64,000 nt of DNA from a virus (IMGVR_UViG_3300033120_000761:22554-86553), one strand, 5' to 3'; positions 43,663 to 53,661 are shown, counted from the stretch's first letter. Translations and numbers: made by a program. Notes: generated by a model not told the origin, from the sequence alone.

Positions 43663-44908
43663 CAAACTAAGTATCGGAACTAAAAAAGTAATATCGGAGT
43701 CAGCCGAAATTTATGCCAATCTTTATTCAGTTATGGTTGGATTAAAAAACGATAAGACTGGAGACAATACTGCCACTATCATTGTTGATGGCGGTCAGTT
43801 GATGGATAAATTCGAGGCTCAACATTTAAAAGGTGTTGATGGTGCGATAGCTTATGTAAAATCCCAATACAAACTTTCACTAAGTTCGTCAGAAGAAAAA
43901 GAATTAAGATCTGAGCTTAAGGAACTTTTAAAAAGAAAGGGTGTAGCAAATGAATCAGATGATGATTCAACAGACGATCTTGAATCTGCAATCGATGATG
44001 TTGAAGATATGGACGATGAATACACATTCTCAGAAGATGCGATAGCTGATAGGCGCGGATTAAGATTAGTATTTGAAGATTTAGACAAATATCATAGGTT
44101 ATTTATATCTAAGCTTAAGTTGGCTGGAAAAATAATGAAGCGCATGGAAGTCGGAGTTGAAATCGACGATAAATATATTGATGATATCTCTGAGCAATTA
44201 GAAGATATATTGAGTCATGTTGAAATGGCAATGAATGATGGGAAAGTTACGGAAGGTATGCATTACCACACTCGTATTCGTCAACTTGAAGCCGCGATTC
44301 ACCCTAAGAAAGTAAAGCTTGCTGTTAGAGAATCAAAATCAATGCTGGAAGCAATCATGGATGATAAACACCCATCCGCTAACCCATGCTCAGAAGACGA
44401 TATGAAGATCCTTATAGATGCTCAATCTAAAATGGAATCAATCATTGAAGGACTACAAAAAGTTCGCGTAGCTAAAAGAAAGCGTAAAAACGAAGACGAT
44501 GAAGAAACATTTGATGATGAGCAAGATGCGGCAGCAGATGAATTACCAGATGCAAGTGAAGGATTAGCTTTAGCAAAACGTTTAACTACTTTTGTTGAAT
44601 CATTAGGCCCTATTTCTGAATTAGCTGGTGATGGTCTAGATGCTTTAAGAAAGAAAATCGATAAGGCAGAAGAACTAGCAGATAAGCTTTATACTAAATA
44701 TTACGATTACCGCCAAGAAGGCAGGAAAGTAATGGCCAAGAAGAAAGGCGTTCGTAGAACTAAAGAACAACTTGCTAAAGATAAAGCTGAGAGACTTAAA
44801 TTTAGAGCACAATCAGATAAGATGCACGATGCTTACACTAAAGCTCAACAGTATGTATCAGATTTCAAAGCTCAATTAAAAGCTGCAAAAGAAAAGGCTG
44901 CAAAGTAA
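43628..44908 (+). CDS. prohead core / internal head protein
   Basis: ATG 43628 after GGGAG; acidic coiled coil with many (L/V/I)-x-E sites; between portal and protease. Confidence 0.55.
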   Translation: MRNAKGLLEKFSKLSIGTKKVISESAEIYANLYSVMVGLKNDKTGDNTATIIVDGGQLMDKFEAQHLKGVDGAIAYVKSQYKLSLSSSEEKELRSELKELLKRKGVANESDDDSTDDLESAIDDVEDMDDEYTFSEDAIADRRGLRLVFEDLDKYHRLFISKLKLAGKIMKRMEVGVEIDDKYIDDISEQLEDILSHVEMAMNDGKVTEGMHYHTRIRQLEAAIHPKKVKLAVRESKSMLEAIMDDKHPSANPCSEDDMKILIDAQSKMESIIEGLQKVRVAKRKRKNEDDEETFDDEQDAAADELPDASEGLALAKRLTTFVESLGPISELAGDGLDALRKKIDKAEELADKLYTKYYDYRQEGRKVMAKKKGVRRTKEQLAKDKAERLKFRAQSDKMHDAYTKAQQYVSDFKAQLKAAKEKAAK

Positions 44909-45549
44909 TGATTTCAAAATCTTTATTAAAATTATTAAAAGAAGACGGGCCGGACAATGATCTAGGCCTTGTCTCTTTATTAGCGGATGCTGGGATTTCG
45001 GAAGAAGTTCAAGTAGACGATGTTACCGTGGATGATGAGGGAGATGCTGTAGTTACCTTCGTTAATGACGATGATGAGCTCGTCGTAGTTTTCACTGTTG
45101 ACGAAGAAATTCCGATGGCAGTAATTATCGAAGATGATGATGAGGAAGATGAAGTAGAATACTTCGATCTATCTGATCTTAATCCACCCATGAAAGACGG
45201 TAAAATTGATTTCTCAATTCCAATGAGTGATTGGTTAGATGTAGATACTCTTCTAGATATTCTAGATGGGGAAGATGAATTTGAAGACGAAGAAGCCGTA
45301 TCAGAAACATCAGTCTATGTTGTGAGAGGAGGGCAACGAGTAAAAAAGCCCTTAGTGAGAAGAAAAAGAAAAAAGCTTCTCACCTCAGCGAGAAAATTCG
45401 CAATCAGAAAAGCCGTAAGAAGTAGACGAAGAACTCAGGCCCAAGCGAATAGAAAGAGAAAAAGATCTCTACAGATTCGTAAAAGAGCAAAACTTAAAAC
45501 GAATCGTAATTCAAGAATGAAGGTGGCAGGAACTACATCACATCTTTAA
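44908..45549 (+). CDS. prohead core protein (T4 gp68-like)
   Basis: acidic N-half, basic tail AQANRKRKRSLQIRKRAKL resembling gp68 RAQRKRKKALKRRKAL; leader MISKSLLKLLKE. Confidence 0.6.
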   Translation: MISKSLLKLLKEDGPDNDLGLVSLLADAGISEEVQVDDVTVDDEGDAVVTFVNDDDELVVVFTVDEEIPMAVIIEDDDEEDEVEYFDLSDLNPPMKDGKIDFSIPMSDWLDVDTLLDILDGEDEFEDEEAVSETSVYVVRGGQRVKKPLVRRKRKKLLTSARKFAIRKAVRSRRRTQAQANRKRKRSLQIRKRAKLKTNRNSRMKVAGTTSHL

Positions 45550-45565
45550 TTCTTAGAGGTAAGTC

Positions 45566-45838
45566 ATGACAGAAAAAAAATATATCAGAAAACCGTCTCC
45601 TGTTGATGAAGCACAAGATCCTGATGCTGTTACTATCTCAGTAATTAGAGCAGCTGGAAAATTGGCTATTCAATTAGGCAGAATGGTTCCTAATGCTGAC
45701 ACCGATCTTAGGATCGCATTATCTTGCGCTATTGGTCTTTGTTCGACGGCTACTTCTGTTGCTATGGTTGATACTCAATTGGCCAGAACTCTTTATAGCC
45801 AAGCTCGAAGATTATCTAACGTGAGATCTGTAAAGTAA
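45566..45838 (+). CDS. hypothetical protein in head module
   Basis: 90-aa ORF, GAGG RBS. Confidence 0.6.
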   Translation: MTEKKYIRKPSPVDEAQDPDAVTISVIRAAGKLAIQLGRMVPNADTDLRIALSCAIGLCSTATSVAMVDTQLARTLYSQARRLSNVRSVK

Positions 45839-45847
45839 GGATAAATC

Positions 45848-46270
45848 ATGAGTGATGGATCTAAGGATTTAATTCAAGTCCATTCTGATATGATCAATAA
45901 GAGGTTAGATCGTTTCGATGATCTATTTGATAAGATTTATTCAAAGATGGATGAAAATAATACCATCTTATCTAAGCTGACTGTTATTGTAGATGAGCAT
46001 CAAAGAAGATCGACTGCTCTTGAAAAAATTGTTGATGTAATGAAAGAATCGTTTGCATATATCCAGCAAGACTTGCTAAAGTTAGCTAGAGAAATAAAAG
46101 ATGTAAGTGAAGATGTAGAGCCATTAAAGCTTGAGATGGTGAAGGTGACAAAGACCTATCACTTTTTCAGCGGGGTTCCTATCGTAGTTAAGGGGCTTCT
46201 CCTTATCTGCACTCTGACTACTTCCCTATTCGGATTGTGGCAGATAGTAAAAATTTACCTTTTAAAATAA
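45848..46270 (+). CDS. coiled-coil protein with C-terminal TM helix (possible holin/XhlA-like)
   Basis: heptads then GLLLICTLTTSLFGLWQIVKIYLLK. Confidence 0.5.
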   Translation: MSDGSKDLIQVHSDMINKRLDRFDDLFDKIYSKMDENNTILSKLTVIVDEHQRRSTALEKIVDVMKESFAYIQQDLLKLAREIKDVSEDVEPLKLEMVKVTKTYHFFSGVPIVVKGLLLICTLTTSLFGLWQIVKIYLLK

Positions 46271-46288
46271 AGTCAAGGACAAGGTCAG

Positions 46289-47014
46289 ATGAAATTCTTA
46301 AACGTTTTAGACGTTCAAACTTTTCTACTAGAGATAAACGCCATTGATAAGGTCATAGGCGTTTCTAAAGATTATCAACCGACAAATGAGGAGATTGCTT
46401 CTTTCATTAAAGGTAGAAATCCTTTAGTCTCTAAATTAAAAGACTATAGAAAATCTTCTGATCAAAAAGCCAATTGGCGCGGTAACAGAACCAAGATGAT
46501 GAAAGGGATCAAAGCATTCCATAAGTCAGTCGAAGGTAAAAGATTCCATCGTCGCCTCGGCCGTTTCATGGCCACCAGAATAACTAGACCTAAATCTTCT
46601 AATGAAAATTATCAATCGCTTTTGGATAAACAAGAACATCTGAAAGGATTAAATGCGGTTAAAACCCATATGTTCGTGGAACTAGAATATTTCCATCAAG
46701 TCCAGGAACAGGTAGAATTAGAAGAAATGTTGATTGAATATGCAGTTCCTTTATTCCAAGTCATTGAAAAAAAGATAATTACTGATGAGGAATTGGATGA
46801 TGATGAACTTGTATTTCTGATGGATCTGACAGAGCCAGATGCCTTATTAGATGCTTTAAGCACAGAATCGGGCGTTGAATTTGCAGAAATTCAAAAACTC
46901 TGGAATACTATCTCATGTACATTAGAAGATGGCGGGCTTGCAAAAGATGATTCAAAGTTTTATCCTACTTTGATTACTGATCTAAAAAAGCAATTGGGTT
47001 TAGCAAATGACTAA
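46289..47014 (+). CDS. hypothetical head-module protein
   Basis: 241-aa ORF directly upstream of the protease. Confidence 0.65.
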   Translation: MKFLNVLDVQTFLLEINAIDKVIGVSKDYQPTNEEIASFIKGRNPLVSKLKDYRKSSDQKANWRGNRTKMMKGIKAFHKSVEGKRFHRRLGRFMATRITRPKSSNENYQSLLDKQEHLKGLNAVKTHMFVELEYFHQVQEQVELEEMLIEYAVPLFQVIEKKIITDEELDDDELVFLMDLTEPDALLDALSTESGVEFAEIQKLWNTISCTLEDGGLAKDDSKFYPTLITDLKKQLGLAND

Positions 47015-48386
47015 AAAGTTAAATGATTTAATTGACCCGAAACTTAAATTCGAACTCGTAGAGTCGAGTGAAGTCGATGGTAAAAATATTCTAGCCAAAG
47101 TCAAAGGACAATTTTTTTGTCCCGATGCTAATTCTAGAAACGGCAGATTCTACCCTAAAGAACTTTGGGAAAAAGTAATTTCTTCACCAAATGTTCAAAG
47201 AATGCTTAAGAAAAGATTAATGTGGGGAACTGTAGGCCATGATGCTGAATTAGGTGAAAAAGCTATTCGCGAAGGTATTACATCTCACGTTATGACATCT
47301 ATCTTTATTGATGATCAAAATAGAGGTATGGGTGAAGCCCTTATCCTTGATACTCCGGTCGGAAGAATCCTGAATACATTATTAAGAGCTGGTTGTGAAC
47401 TCTATGTTTCATCTAGAGCTAATGGTGATTTTGCAGGAAAACATAATGGCGTTCCTGTGGTTAATCCGCAAACTTATGATTTAGTAGGTTGGGACTTCGT
47501 TATCGATCCTGGATTTTTAGATGCCAATCCTACAATCGCTGAATCATATAACTCAGCACTTTCAAAATTAGAAGAATCAGAAAATAACCTTGGAGATACT
47601 AAGATGGAAAAAGAACTAGTTGAACACATCATGAAGGAGAATAACTCTCAGAAGACTGACATTGCTAAATTAACAACGGAAGTTGTTGATCTAAAAGAAA
47701 ACAATGGCGCTCTATTCGATGAGAACAAACACCTGAAAGAACAACTTTCTACTTTTGAAGAAGTAAGTGCAAAGCTTAAAAAATATGAAGAAATGGGTGA
47801 GCCAGAAGACGTTGAAAAAGCTCTAGAGCTTGGTGACGAAGCTGCTGACGAACTTGAAAAATACAAGTCTATGGGATCGCCAGACGAAGTAAAAGAATCT
47901 CTAACAAAAGCAAAAAACTATATTGCTAAATTCCATGCAAACATCGGAACTTATAAAGTAGTTGAATCTGCTCTTATTAAAGCAAAAAAATTCCAAGAAT
48001 CTGTTGCTGAAATCGGAACAATCTCTGAGATCAAAGGAATCTGTAAAAGATTCAATGTTCTTTTAGAAGAAGTTGAGCAAACAGAACAAGACCAGATCGC
48101 ATCTGATTTAGCGGCGAAATTAGAAATCGACGTTGAAAAAGTAAAAGAACTTCTAGCAAAAGATCTATCTGTTGAAGACATTGAAAAAATGTATGCTACA
48201 GTAGAAGAGAAGTTCAAAAAAGCAGCTCCGGCACCAGCTCCTAAAAACGAATCTAAACCAACAGATAAGTATAAGAAGCCTGCTGTTACTGAAGCTAAGA
48301 AAGAAACTGAAGAAAAACCATACGAATCAAAAATCGTTGGTAGAACTTTAGTTGATAAGCTTAACGAGAGCTACGGAACTAAATAA
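47007..48386 (+). CDS. prohead protease (T4 gp21-like) fused to C-terminal scaffold domain
   Basis: NSRNGRFYP, GTVGH, SH, LDTPVG, VSSRANG, DFVIDPG; about 260-aa coiled-coil extension. Confidence 0.88.
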   Translation: MTKKLNDLIDPKLKFELVESSEVDGKNILAKVKGQFFCPDANSRNGRFYPKELWEKVISSPNVQRMLKKRLMWGTVGHDAELGEKAIREGITSHVMTSIFIDDQNRGMGEALILDTPVGRILNTLLRAGCELYVSSRANGDFAGKHNGVPVVNPQTYDLVGWDFVIDPGFLDANPTIAESYNSALSKLEESENNLGDTKMEKELVEHIMKENNSQKTDIAKLTTEVVDLKENNGALFDENKHLKEQLSTFEEVSAKLKKYEEMGEPEDVEKALELGDEAADELEKYKSMGSPDEVKESLTKAKNYIAKFHANIGTYKVVESALIKAKKFQESVAEIGTISEIKGICKRFNVLLEEVEQTEQDQIASDLAAKLEIDVEKVKELLAKDLSVEDIEKMYATVEEKFKKAAPAPAPKNESKPTDKYKKPAVTEAKKETEEKPYESKIVGRTLVDKLNESYGTK

Positions 48387-48494
48387 GAATTAAAGTTTTT
48401 TCTAGGTTTCTTCGGACTGCACTTCGGTCTTAGATAAATAGAAAATTTTAAAGTACAAAAAATTTTAACTACTATATTTACAAAGGACTGTAAG

Positions 48495-49913
48495 ATGATT
48501 GACGAAAGCCTACAAAACGCAATGGACGCACAAAACGCTCAAAAGTATTTCACGAAATATAAGAAATACTGTGAAGCATTCGAGAAATCGGTTGTTTCTA
48601 GAGCAATCAACCTTTCTGAACACCACATCGTTCAATTAGGTAAACAACTTGAAGCGTTCGAACTTTACGCTAAAATTTGTGAAAACTCAGGGTCTTTAAA
48701 CACTCTTGGGGAAATTCCAAAAATCGCTCTAGATGTAATCACTGCTGTTATGTCTAACTCTGTTCTTCCAGTAATCGCGTCTACTCAAGTAATTGAGCAA
48801 CAAAGACAAATGATTTACTTCAAGAACCTAAGAGCTGACAACACTAAGGGTAACCTTACTGCTGGTCAAGTTATCTTAGACCCAAAAACTGGTATGAAGA
48901 CTCCAAAAGGATATGCTTCAAACCGTCTTAACGGTCTTGAGATGGCAACAACTGCTCTTGCAACTGTTGACTACACATTCACTCTTCCTGCTCTTCCAGT
49001 ACAATCTCAATTCATGAAAATTGAAGTTGAGTCTGACGCTACTGTTTTCGCAGAAGATGTTGGTCCTCGTGGAGCTGACAAGAACATCGGTACTCTTTTA
49101 GGTGCTGGCGTTTCAGGAACTGTTAACTATACTTCTGGTGTAGTAGTTCTTAAGTTTGCTGTTCAACCAACTGCTGCTAAGAAAATTTATGTTTCTTACC
49201 AACAGAACATGGAACTAGCTGCTGACCTTCCAAAAATGACTTCTTTCCTTGATCAGACAGATGTTGAAGCTCAGGCTTACGTTCTTAAGACTGTAGTTGG
49301 TATGTTCCAACAATATGCTCTTAAGAAAACTTTCGGTGACTCTGCTCTTGAAGATACAGCAATGGATCTTACAAAAGAGATCAACGCTGAAATCGGTGGT
49401 GACTTCATTTCTAAATACCTTGTGGCTGCAATGGGATCTACTCAGTTCTCTCTAACAGCTCCAGCGGGTGTTTCTGAAAAACTACACAGAGAATCATACG
49501 CGTTCCGTATGTCAGATGCTGAAGCGGTAATGCTTGGAAACGCTGGCCGTGGAACTATCAAAACTATGATCGTTGGACGTGAGCACGCTGCTCTAGTTCG
49601 CGGACTAGATGGATTCAACTTACTATCAGATGGTGGTTCAGTTGGTCCTCATATTTTTGGTACATACAAAGGGATTACTTATATCCGCGTACCAGAAGAT
49701 GCTCTTCTTGGTGCTAAAAAAGGGATCGCGCTTTACACGGGATCTTCTGCAATTGAATCGGCTGGTGTTTACTGCCCATTCATGCCGTTGACTGTAAGAC
49801 AAGCTCCGGCTAACAACAACAACCCTCTACAAGACCAAACTGTAGCGGCAACGTTAGCGGCTACGAAAGTAGTTGTTCCTCAGTTCATCACAGCTTTTGA
49901 CGTAGTAGTTTAA
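48495..49913 (+). CDS. major capsid protein (T4 gp23-like)
   Basis: 472 aa after protease/scaffold, highly biased codon usage, EINAEI and VYCPFMPL motifs, followed by a terminator. Confidence 0.88.
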   Translation: MIDESLQNAMDAQNAQKYFTKYKKYCEAFEKSVVSRAINLSEHHIVQLGKQLEAFELYAKICENSGSLNTLGEIPKIALDVITAVMSNSVLPVIASTQVIEQQRQMIYFKNLRADNTKGNLTAGQVILDPKTGMKTPKGYASNRLNGLEMATTALATVDYTFTLPALPVQSQFMKIEVESDATVFAEDVGPRGADKNIGTLLGAGVSGTVNYTSGVVVLKFAVQPTAAKKIYVSYQQNMELAADLPKMTSFLDQTDVEAQAYVLKTVVGMFQQYALKKTFGDSALEDTAMDLTKEINAEIGGDFISKYLVAAMGSTQFSLTAPAGVSEKLHRESYAFRMSDAEAVMLGNAGRGTIKTMIVGREHAALVRGLDGFNLLSDGGSVGPHIFGTYKGITYIRVPEDALLGAKKGIALYTGSSAIESAGVYCPFMPLTVRQAPANNNNPLQDQTVAATLAATKVVVPQFITAFDVVV

Positions 49914-49926
49914 TCTACGCTTAGAG

Positions 49927-49954
49927 GGGAGGGAGCAATCCTTCCCTTTTTTTT
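49927..49954 (+). terminator. Rho-independent terminator after capsid gene
   Basis: GGGAGGGA-GCAA-TCCTTCCC then T8. Confidence 0.85.
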
Positions 49955-49980
49955 ATTCATTTTTGTTAAAGGAAGGACGC

Positions 49981-50412
49981 ATGACAAAGTACAAGTACAA
50001 AAACGCATTCGGTGGCCAAGTAAGTATTAGCCCCAATGTTGGCTACGATGGTGAAGCAATCGACCTTGCAAAAGGCGAGTCTGTTGAGTTCGACGAGATG
50101 GAATTTAACGGCTATGCTCAATCTCTATCTGGTTTAATCCAAGCTGGAATCTTAGTTTTAGTCCCTGCCGGAAAGTCGACTAAGAAAGCTGCTTCAGTCA
50201 CTCCTTCAGATGTTGAGGGCGCGGCAAATGCAGCAACAGGTAATCCTAAAGATAAGGAATTAACTGAAGAGGATAAAGCACTGGTTCTAAAAACTAATGC
50301 AGATATCGAGCAACTCCAAGCTGATTGGAAAGTCTCTACTGATCAAGAACAAAAGAAAATAATTAAAGATAGAATCACGGCCCTAAAAGCTTCGATTAAA
50401 TCTCTTAAATAG
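49981..50412 (+). CDS. hypothetical virion-module protein
   Basis: ORF 49963-50412; ATG 49981 after AAGGA. Confidence 0.65.
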   Translation: MTKYKYKNAFGGQVSISPNVGYDGEAIDLAKGESVEFDEMEFNGYAQSLSGLIQAGILVLVPAGKSTKKAASVTPSDVEGAANAATGNPKDKELTEEDKALVLKTNADIEQLQADWKVSTDQEQKKIIKDRITALKASIKSLK

Positions 50413-50430
50413 TTATGATGGCGGTGTCGT

Positions 50431-51132
50431 TTGGAATTAAAAGAAATGTTCGATCGTATTCTTCTAAGATCTGGTCAATTTGTTTTGGCCAAGTCTAAGA
50501 TTGAAGTTGATAATGACTCATTTAAAATTTTAGTTGAAGACGCACTTGCCACTTATTCAAAAGCCTGTCCTCATGTTGTCGATTACGTCATTTCATTGAT
50601 GAATCCAAGACAATTTAGATTCACTCCTGACTTCGATCCAGAGATGGGAAGAGTACCGGATTGGATTTCTGAGTGTAACCCTGTTCAATATTCAGGGATC
50701 TCATTAGCCTCATTTTACATGGGCAATAACAACATTTTCGGATCTAACAATAGATCTGAATTGATTGACCCTATTCAAGCCCCTTGGCGCTATAACAAGC
50801 CCGTCTTAACGGTTCCTTTCACTTCTAAGTATGAAATTAAGGCCGTCTATAAACACCGCTTAACTAAGGTCCCTTGTGAATCTGATAATGTTGATTCTGG
50901 TGGGACTAGAGATTGGGAATGCAAAACAATCACCATCGATGATACAGTTTTCTTTAAATTACTTCAGGCCTATTTCTTAATGGGAATCGGAAGATCTCGT
51001 AGAGCATTCACTATGAATGATTTACCTATCCTTATGGATGCCGATGCTATCGCTTCTGAAGGAAAAGAAATGGAAGAGCAAGCAAAAGCTGATCTCCAAG
51101 ATGTTCAGAAATTTTACTTGGCAATGGGATAA
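50431..51132 (+). CDS. neck / head-tail adaptor protein (T4 gp13-like)
   Basis: position after MCP; C-terminal LPILMDADAIASEGKEMEE resembles gp13-type ending. Confidence 0.6.
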   Translation: MELKEMFDRILLRSGQFVLAKSKIEVDNDSFKILVEDALATYSKACPHVVDYVISLMNPRQFRFTPDFDPEMGRVPDWISECNPVQYSGISLASFYMGNNNIFGSNNRSELIDPIQAPWRYNKPVLTVPFTSKYEIKAVYKHRLTKVPCESDNVDSGGTRDWECKTITIDDTVFFKLLQAYFLMGIGRSRRAFTMNDLPILMDADAIASEGKEMEEQAKADLQDVQKFYLAMG

Positions 51133-51134
51133 AT

Positions 51135-51452
51135 ATGAATTTAGCAAAATCTCTTATGGATACATTGAATGAAGAAATCGATCTCGTATCGGATGTTCAG
51201 AACATTCAAAAGGTTATTCAAAAAGAGTTTCAAAGAACTAAACTAAACAAGAAAATTTCTAAAGTTACTCTCCCGCAAGAAAAGAAAGTATTATTTAATA
51301 GATCTTCTGGCGGCGGTAATGTTGAGATTTCTTCCCCAGGAACTAAAGTTGAAGTTGAGGGTGGAGAAATAATTGAAGGAAATTTTGTAATATACTTATC
51401 ATTTAGAGATGAACGAGTTACGATTTCATATAACTTTTTGAAGGGAAAATAA
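51135..51452 (+). CDS. putative internal head protein (leader MNLAKSLMDTLNE)
   Basis: shared leader. Confidence 0.55.
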   Translation: MNLAKSLMDTLNEEIDLVSDVQNIQKVIQKEFQRTKLNKKISKVTLPQEKKVLFNRSSGGGNVEISSPGTKVEVEGGEIIEGNFVIYLSFRDERVTISYNFLKGK

Positions 51453-51453
51453 C

Positions 51454-51783
51454 ATGACTAAAAAATTAGCAGAAGCTTTAATTGAAAGCTACAAAGTAAA
51501 TGAATCTGAAATGGAGCCAGAAGTTAAGCCTGAACCTGAAGTAGAGGTTGAGGAAGCAGAAGTTGAGCCAGCCGTTGAAGCTGAAATCGATACAGATGAT
51601 GCTCAATTACTTGCTGTAGTAAACGTTTACTTTAAAAAGATCAATGCAAAACCTGCTGCTACTAAAGCTGATAAACTTGAGAAATTAGTTCACAGACTAA
51701 TCAACTCAATGATTGAAATGCCTCGTGGTGAAAAAGAAGCACGCATTGCCCTTAAATTAGCAATCAAAGAAATCAACGCGTAG
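51454..51783 (+). CDS. putative internal head protein (leader MTKKLAEALIE)
   Basis: leader variant, acidic EVE linker. Confidence 0.5.
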   Translation: MTKKLAEALIESYKVNESEMEPEVKPEPEVEVEEAEVEPAVEAEIDTDDAQLLAVVNVYFKKINAKPAATKADKLEKLVHRLINSMIEMPRGEKEARIALKLAIKEINA

Positions 51784-51796
51784 GAAATAAACAATC

Positions 51797-52102
51797 ATGA
51801 AATCAGCAAAAAAATTATCTGAAAAATTATCAAAAATAGTATCATCTAAGAATGAAGGAATGACTCCGGATGAATGGGAAAAGGAGTGTATTGCATCTAT
51901 CCGAAAGGCAATGGATAAGGCCAGAATAAAATCACGCTCGGTTGTCGGTAGGAAAGAACTCGAACTGTTTATAGAGACTATAATAACTATTATGGTTGAT
52001 ATGGGAGCCGAAATGCCTAGAGAATTAGTCGAATTTTTTGATGATCTAAAAAGTATAGCTAAAAAAGCTACTGAAGATCTACAAGAACTAGATTTTGAAT
52101 AA
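51797..52102 (+). CDS. hypothetical protein (leader-like MKSAKKLSEKL...KNE)
   Basis: 101-aa ORF. Confidence 0.55.
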   Translation: MKSAKKLSEKLSKIVSSKNEGMTPDEWEKECIASIRKAMDKARIKSRSVVGRKELELFIETIITIMVDMGAEMPRELVEFFDDLKSIAKKATEDLQELDFE

Positions 52103-52120
52103 TTTAAAAAATAGGAAATT

Positions 52121-52723
52121 ATGCCCGTAGCTTTAAGACAAATTAAAAAGGAATTGGAATCAGATCGCAATAAGCGTGGAAGGTTTCCTGATGGGGATTA
52201 TAAATTCACTCCTCCTAATATGGTGTCGAGAAAGTTTACTGAATATAAAAAGTTGAAAGTTACTAAATTAACTTCATCTCCAAAGCCAGGATTAAACGCG
52301 GTTGCTTATACTGCCGTCGTGGCTTCTGAGAATAGAGACGGGGAGAGTGCCGGAATAAAGTATAAAACGACTATCCAATTTCACGATATACAGTTCAGAG
52401 ATAAAAAGTCTGAGAGCTTGTATAAAAATGAATTTGAATACATGAACGATGGAAAGTTAAAAAAAGTTTATTATCGCACGGCCAATGTGAATGATAATAA
52501 AGTTATGCTGAAATGTTCTTGTAAAGACTTCCAGCATCGTTTTGAAACAGAATTATATGAGGCAGATGCATTAATCGGTGCTCCAAGAAAGTATCGTAGA
52601 AAAACTCCTCCATGGCCTGTGGGAAGACCTTATGCAAATACGACTGAGAAGCTGGGTATTTGCAAACATTTATATTCAATGTTTGAGCACTTAAAAGCTA
52701 AAGAATTACTGAAGGAAAAATAA
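52121..52723 (+). CDS. SWIM-type zinc-finger protein
   Basis: KCSCKDF...GICKHL (CxC...CxH). Confidence 0.7.
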   Translation: MPVALRQIKKELESDRNKRGRFPDGDYKFTPPNMVSRKFTEYKKLKVTKLTSSPKPGLNAVAYTAVVASENRDGESAGIKYKTTIQFHDIQFRDKKSESLYKNEFEYMNDGKLKKVYYRTANVNDNKVMLKCSCKDFQHRFETELYEADALIGAPRKYRRKTPPWPVGRPYANTTEKLGICKHLYSMFEHLKAKELLKEK

Positions 52724-53229
52724 TGAAAAACTTATCTCAAGAAGTTATAGAAGTATTGAACGAGGTTAACGTTCCCAGAAACGCCCTTTGGTTCGAAGTC
52801 TCTATTAGAGATGGCGGATCTCGTGCATCTGTGCGACTGACTAAGGTTGGCGGTAAATGGAAAGAGATTGTTCTAGATAATGAAGATGATGTAAATATCG
52901 GCGGTAAAACATATCAAAGTTATTTAAAACCTGCCGATATTTTAACATGGTTAAGGGGAGACTTTGATGATGTTCAAGTTACGTCGTTTGATGATGTATC
53001 TAATGATGACGAAGAACAAGACGAATCTTTATCCGAAGCAGATGTTAAACTTAATCTTAAGAATAATATTAGGCGTGATATTTATGCCATTGGTGATGGT
53101 ATTGAGGGATTACTTAATGATCTAATCGAAACGAACAAGGATAGAGAATTAGCAAAAAAAGTTGCTAACCTCGGCAATGCGTATGATGATTTAAGATCTC
53201 ATTTGAATAAAAAATATAATTGGGATTAA
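52723..53229 (+). CDS. putative internal head protein (leader MKNLSQEVIEVLNE)
   Basis: shared leader. Confidence 0.55.
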   Translation: MKNLSQEVIEVLNEVNVPRNALWFEVSIRDGGSRASVRLTKVGGKWKEIVLDNEDDVNIGGKTYQSYLKPADILTWLRGDFDDVQVTSFDDVSNDDEEQDESLSEADVKLNLKNNIRRDIYAIGDGIEGLLNDLIETNKDRELAKKVANLGNAYDDLRSHLNKKYNWD

Positions 53230-53232
53230 ATA

Positions 53233-53640
53233 ATGGCTACTTTCTACTCAGAGATGGAACGAATCATCAAGGCCAACGGAGAACGCGGTCTTGAGCAATT
53301 ATTGTTCTATAATGGGGTGGATTTGGAAATCTACAGAGATCGTAAAGTAGGTCCTTATAGCACCGTTCATAATGCTAATTCTGGTGGTATCCAGGAGTTA
53401 GAAAAGAAGATTGTTGGAATATTAGTCAGTGATGATTTCTTTCCTTCAACAAATGCAGCCCGTGGGAATTTCACACAGGGTTTTCTTATTACAAAAGATC
53501 CTGCTATACTTGTGGGGGATGAAATTAGGTTATGTGCTGAAGATGGGGCTTTGATCGCTTATAAGGTTGATCGTAAAGAATCTCTCGGGCAAACTATTAC
53601 AGTATTCACTAGATATAAAATTTCTAACACTTTAAGTTAA
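53233..53640 (+). CDS. putative head-closure / neck protein
   Basis: 135 aa, beta-rich, ILVGDEIRL...YKV pattern of head-closure proteins; position. Confidence 0.45.
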   Translation: MATFYSEMERIIKANGERGLEQLLFYNGVDLEIYRDRKVGPYSTVHNANSGGIQELEKKIVGILVSDDFFPSTNAARGNFTQGFLITKDPAILVGDEIRLCAEDGALIAYKVDRKESLGQTITVFTRYKISNTLS

Positions 53641-53661
53641 AAACAATCCTTGGAGGGATCT

